The notes beneath the pieces were generated by a model. It searched no databases. It saw only the letters and a program-made list of their open reading frames with translations, and had not been told where the DNA came from. A stretch of 64,000 bases of DNA from an uncultured Gemmatimonadaceae bacterium (lineage in GTDB: Bacteria > Gemmatimonadota > Gemmatimonadetes > Gemmatimonadales > Gemmatimonadaceae), in NCBI GenBank assembly GCA_963822945.1, contig CAWGJO010000027.1, forward strand, positions 227,728-291,727, in the 5' to 3' direction. Below, in pieces: positions 62,255 through 64,000 of the stretch. The position numbers were made by a program, and so were the translations under genes. Numbering within the stretch: the stretch's first letter is position 1; the number at the start of each line of letters is the position of its first letter.

Positions 62255-63685
62255 ATGTCGCGGTATTCACGATGGACGCGCGGGCGAGCGCTGGCGCTGG
62301 CGGTCGCCGCCGGCTACGCGGTGGCGGCGTGCGGGGGGGCGGCCGATTCCACGGGGCCGGGGGGCGGCAACGGCAACACGCCGGCGGCCAACGATCTGTT
62401 CGTGAGCGCCACGACCGGCAACGATGCCGGTGGTGGCACCCAGCAGCAGCCGTTCAGGACGATCGCGGCCGCGCTCGCGGCGTCCGATTCGGGGCAAACG
62501 ATCCGGGTGGCCGGCGGCATGTACGCCGAACGGGTCGTGCTCAAGTCGCACGTGCGCATCGTCGGCGGATACGACCCGGCCAGCTGGCAACGGGACACCG
62601 TGCACGATTCGACCACCATCGGCGACTCGGTGATGACGGTGGTGGGGCTGCACGTCAGCGACGTCGTGCTCGACGGTCTCCATCTGCGCAATCTCGCGGG
62701 CAGCGTCTATGGGGTGGTCACCTTCGACTCCAGTGCCGGCATCGAGATCGTCGGTAGTACCATCTCGGCGCCCAGGGGATTTCCAGGGCGTGACGGCTCT
62801 TGTGGGGTAACACGCGGCCGGCCCAGGCCGCTGACGGAAGCCCAGGGGCGGATGGAGGGGGCTGGCGTCTGAGCAAAGCCGGGGGCGCGGGAGGAACCGC
62901 GACGTGGGGTGGGAATTACGGCGGGAATGGCGGCGAGGGTTCACTCGGCGTTGGCACGGACGGGACGCCCGGCCACCGTCACCCATCGCCGACGGAGGTG
63001 TGGGCGGAACGGGTGGGATGGGCTCTAGGACGGTTCGGCTGGGGGGTCTCCCTCCGTGATTCCGCCACCGGGCTCTGCCGGTGTTGGAGGCAGTTTGGGA
63101 CTCGGGGCGTACTCCATCACCGACGGATACTCCGTGTTGGATGGTCGCTCCGGCGAACATAGCCGGGACGGCACCGGCGGGGGCGGGGGCGGGGGAGGGG
63201 GAGGGGACCCGTTTCTCCTTCAGTGTGGTGGTGGGGGGGGTGGTGGCGGCCAGGGCGGGCGGGCGGGGAACTCTGGTGCCCCGGGGAATGGCGGCGGACC
63301 CGCCATCGGGCTGGTCGTAGGGCGCGCCAGCGATGTGCGGCTGGTCAACTCGATGGTGATCACGGGTGGAGGCGGCACCGGCGGCGCGGGGGAGCTTGGC
63401 CAGCTCGGTGGTCTGCCCGGGGCAGGTGGCAAGGGCGGAGCGGCAAAGGGGACAGCCGGAGCAGGTGGCGACGGTGGCGCTGGCATCGAGGGCGGGCGGG
63501 GTGGCCCGGGTGGTGGCGGCGCCGGTGGGGCGTCCGTCGGCGTCCTCGTGTTCCCGAGTGGGGTGTACACCCCGACTGCCGTGGTGTACGAGGTCGGGCC
63601 TGGCGGCGCCGGCGGCGGGAGTCCCGTGGACACCTCGGTGGGCGCACCCGGCGACTCCGCGTCGGTCGAGAAGCTGCCGGGATAG
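62255..63685 (+). pseudogene. Glycine-rich DUF1565-like lipoprotein paralogue 3, several frameshifts at about 62790-63060
   Basis: N-terminus (VAACGGAADSTGP, DLFVSATTGNDA) and C-terminus (CGGGGGGGGQGG...GDSASVEKLPG*) match paralogues 1/2 but lie in different frames. Confidence 0.8.
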
Positions 63686-63710
63686 CGGGGCGGCCCCGTC
63701 GGCCACTTCT

Positions 63711-63924
63711 CATGTGGACGCGGATGATCGGTTTTCGGGTGGTTCCGTGTTTGGAGGGTCAGGGAGATGCAGCCGGGTCTCCGTTCCTGATCCTCCGACC
63801 CGGAGCTACTCAAAATGCCCGCCCGTCCTACCGGCCATCGTCCGGCCACTCCGCACCAGCGGTGACGCCCCGTGCGCTCCGCCGCGGTCACCGTCTTCTC
63901 CCCGTGTTCCGTTGCCGGATGCGG
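63711..63924 (+). repeat. 214-bp direct repeat copy 2 (degenerate, premature TGA)
   Basis: MPARPTGHRPATPHQR* versus MPARATGHRLATPHQRR in copy 1. Confidence 0.88.
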
Positions 63925-64000
63925 CGGCCGGCGTGCCGGTAGCTGTCGCCGGGGTTCCGATTCACTGAGGCGGTATGACGGAAACGCTGCGGGCCGGCTC

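Noticed and set aside
61266..63924. Direct repeat as a DGR template/variable repeat pair
   Set aside because: Mismatches are not adenine-specific, the repeat covers a leader rather than a C-terminus, and no reverse transcriptase is present

Overview
This is a high-GC bacterial window. The gene inventory (PadR/ADOP permease pair, several Ser/Thr kinases, ECF sigmas, SARP-TPR regulator) suggests a Gemmatimonadota/Acidobacteriota-like host; this is inference, and no marker gene is present. 1-23 kb holds a DGPF/YciI gene, a frameshifted BNR-repeat hydrolase, two tandem glycine-rich lipoproteins, a stress/envelope cluster (OmpA, two lmo0937-type microproteins, NarL regulator, PAS kinase/regulator, AI-2E, DUF4403, BamA-like), an M48 peptidase, an in-frame TSUP-permease/enolase-superfamily ORF and a SARP regulator. 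Main discovery: from about 23.4 to 57.8 kb there are nine degenerate, co-oriented (minus-strand), intergenic copies of one composite sequence. It joins what reads as the last ~35 codons of the ABC-F gene ettA (WFEGNxGSYIEDxKKRKGPDADQPHRVTYRKLVRG*) to a conserved non-ettA arm with GTCAC/GTGAC inverted repeats; three short copies lack the arm. The copies separate 0.8-10 kb cargo modules (kinases, peptidases, repressor+target operons, pseudogenes), and no integrase is visible. The pattern fits a tandem, additive cassette array built by repeated site-specific integration into the ettA 3' end, with intact ettA predicted to the right of the window. No rRNA, tRNA or CRISPR array was recognised. All family calls come from motif recognition by eye, not database searches.
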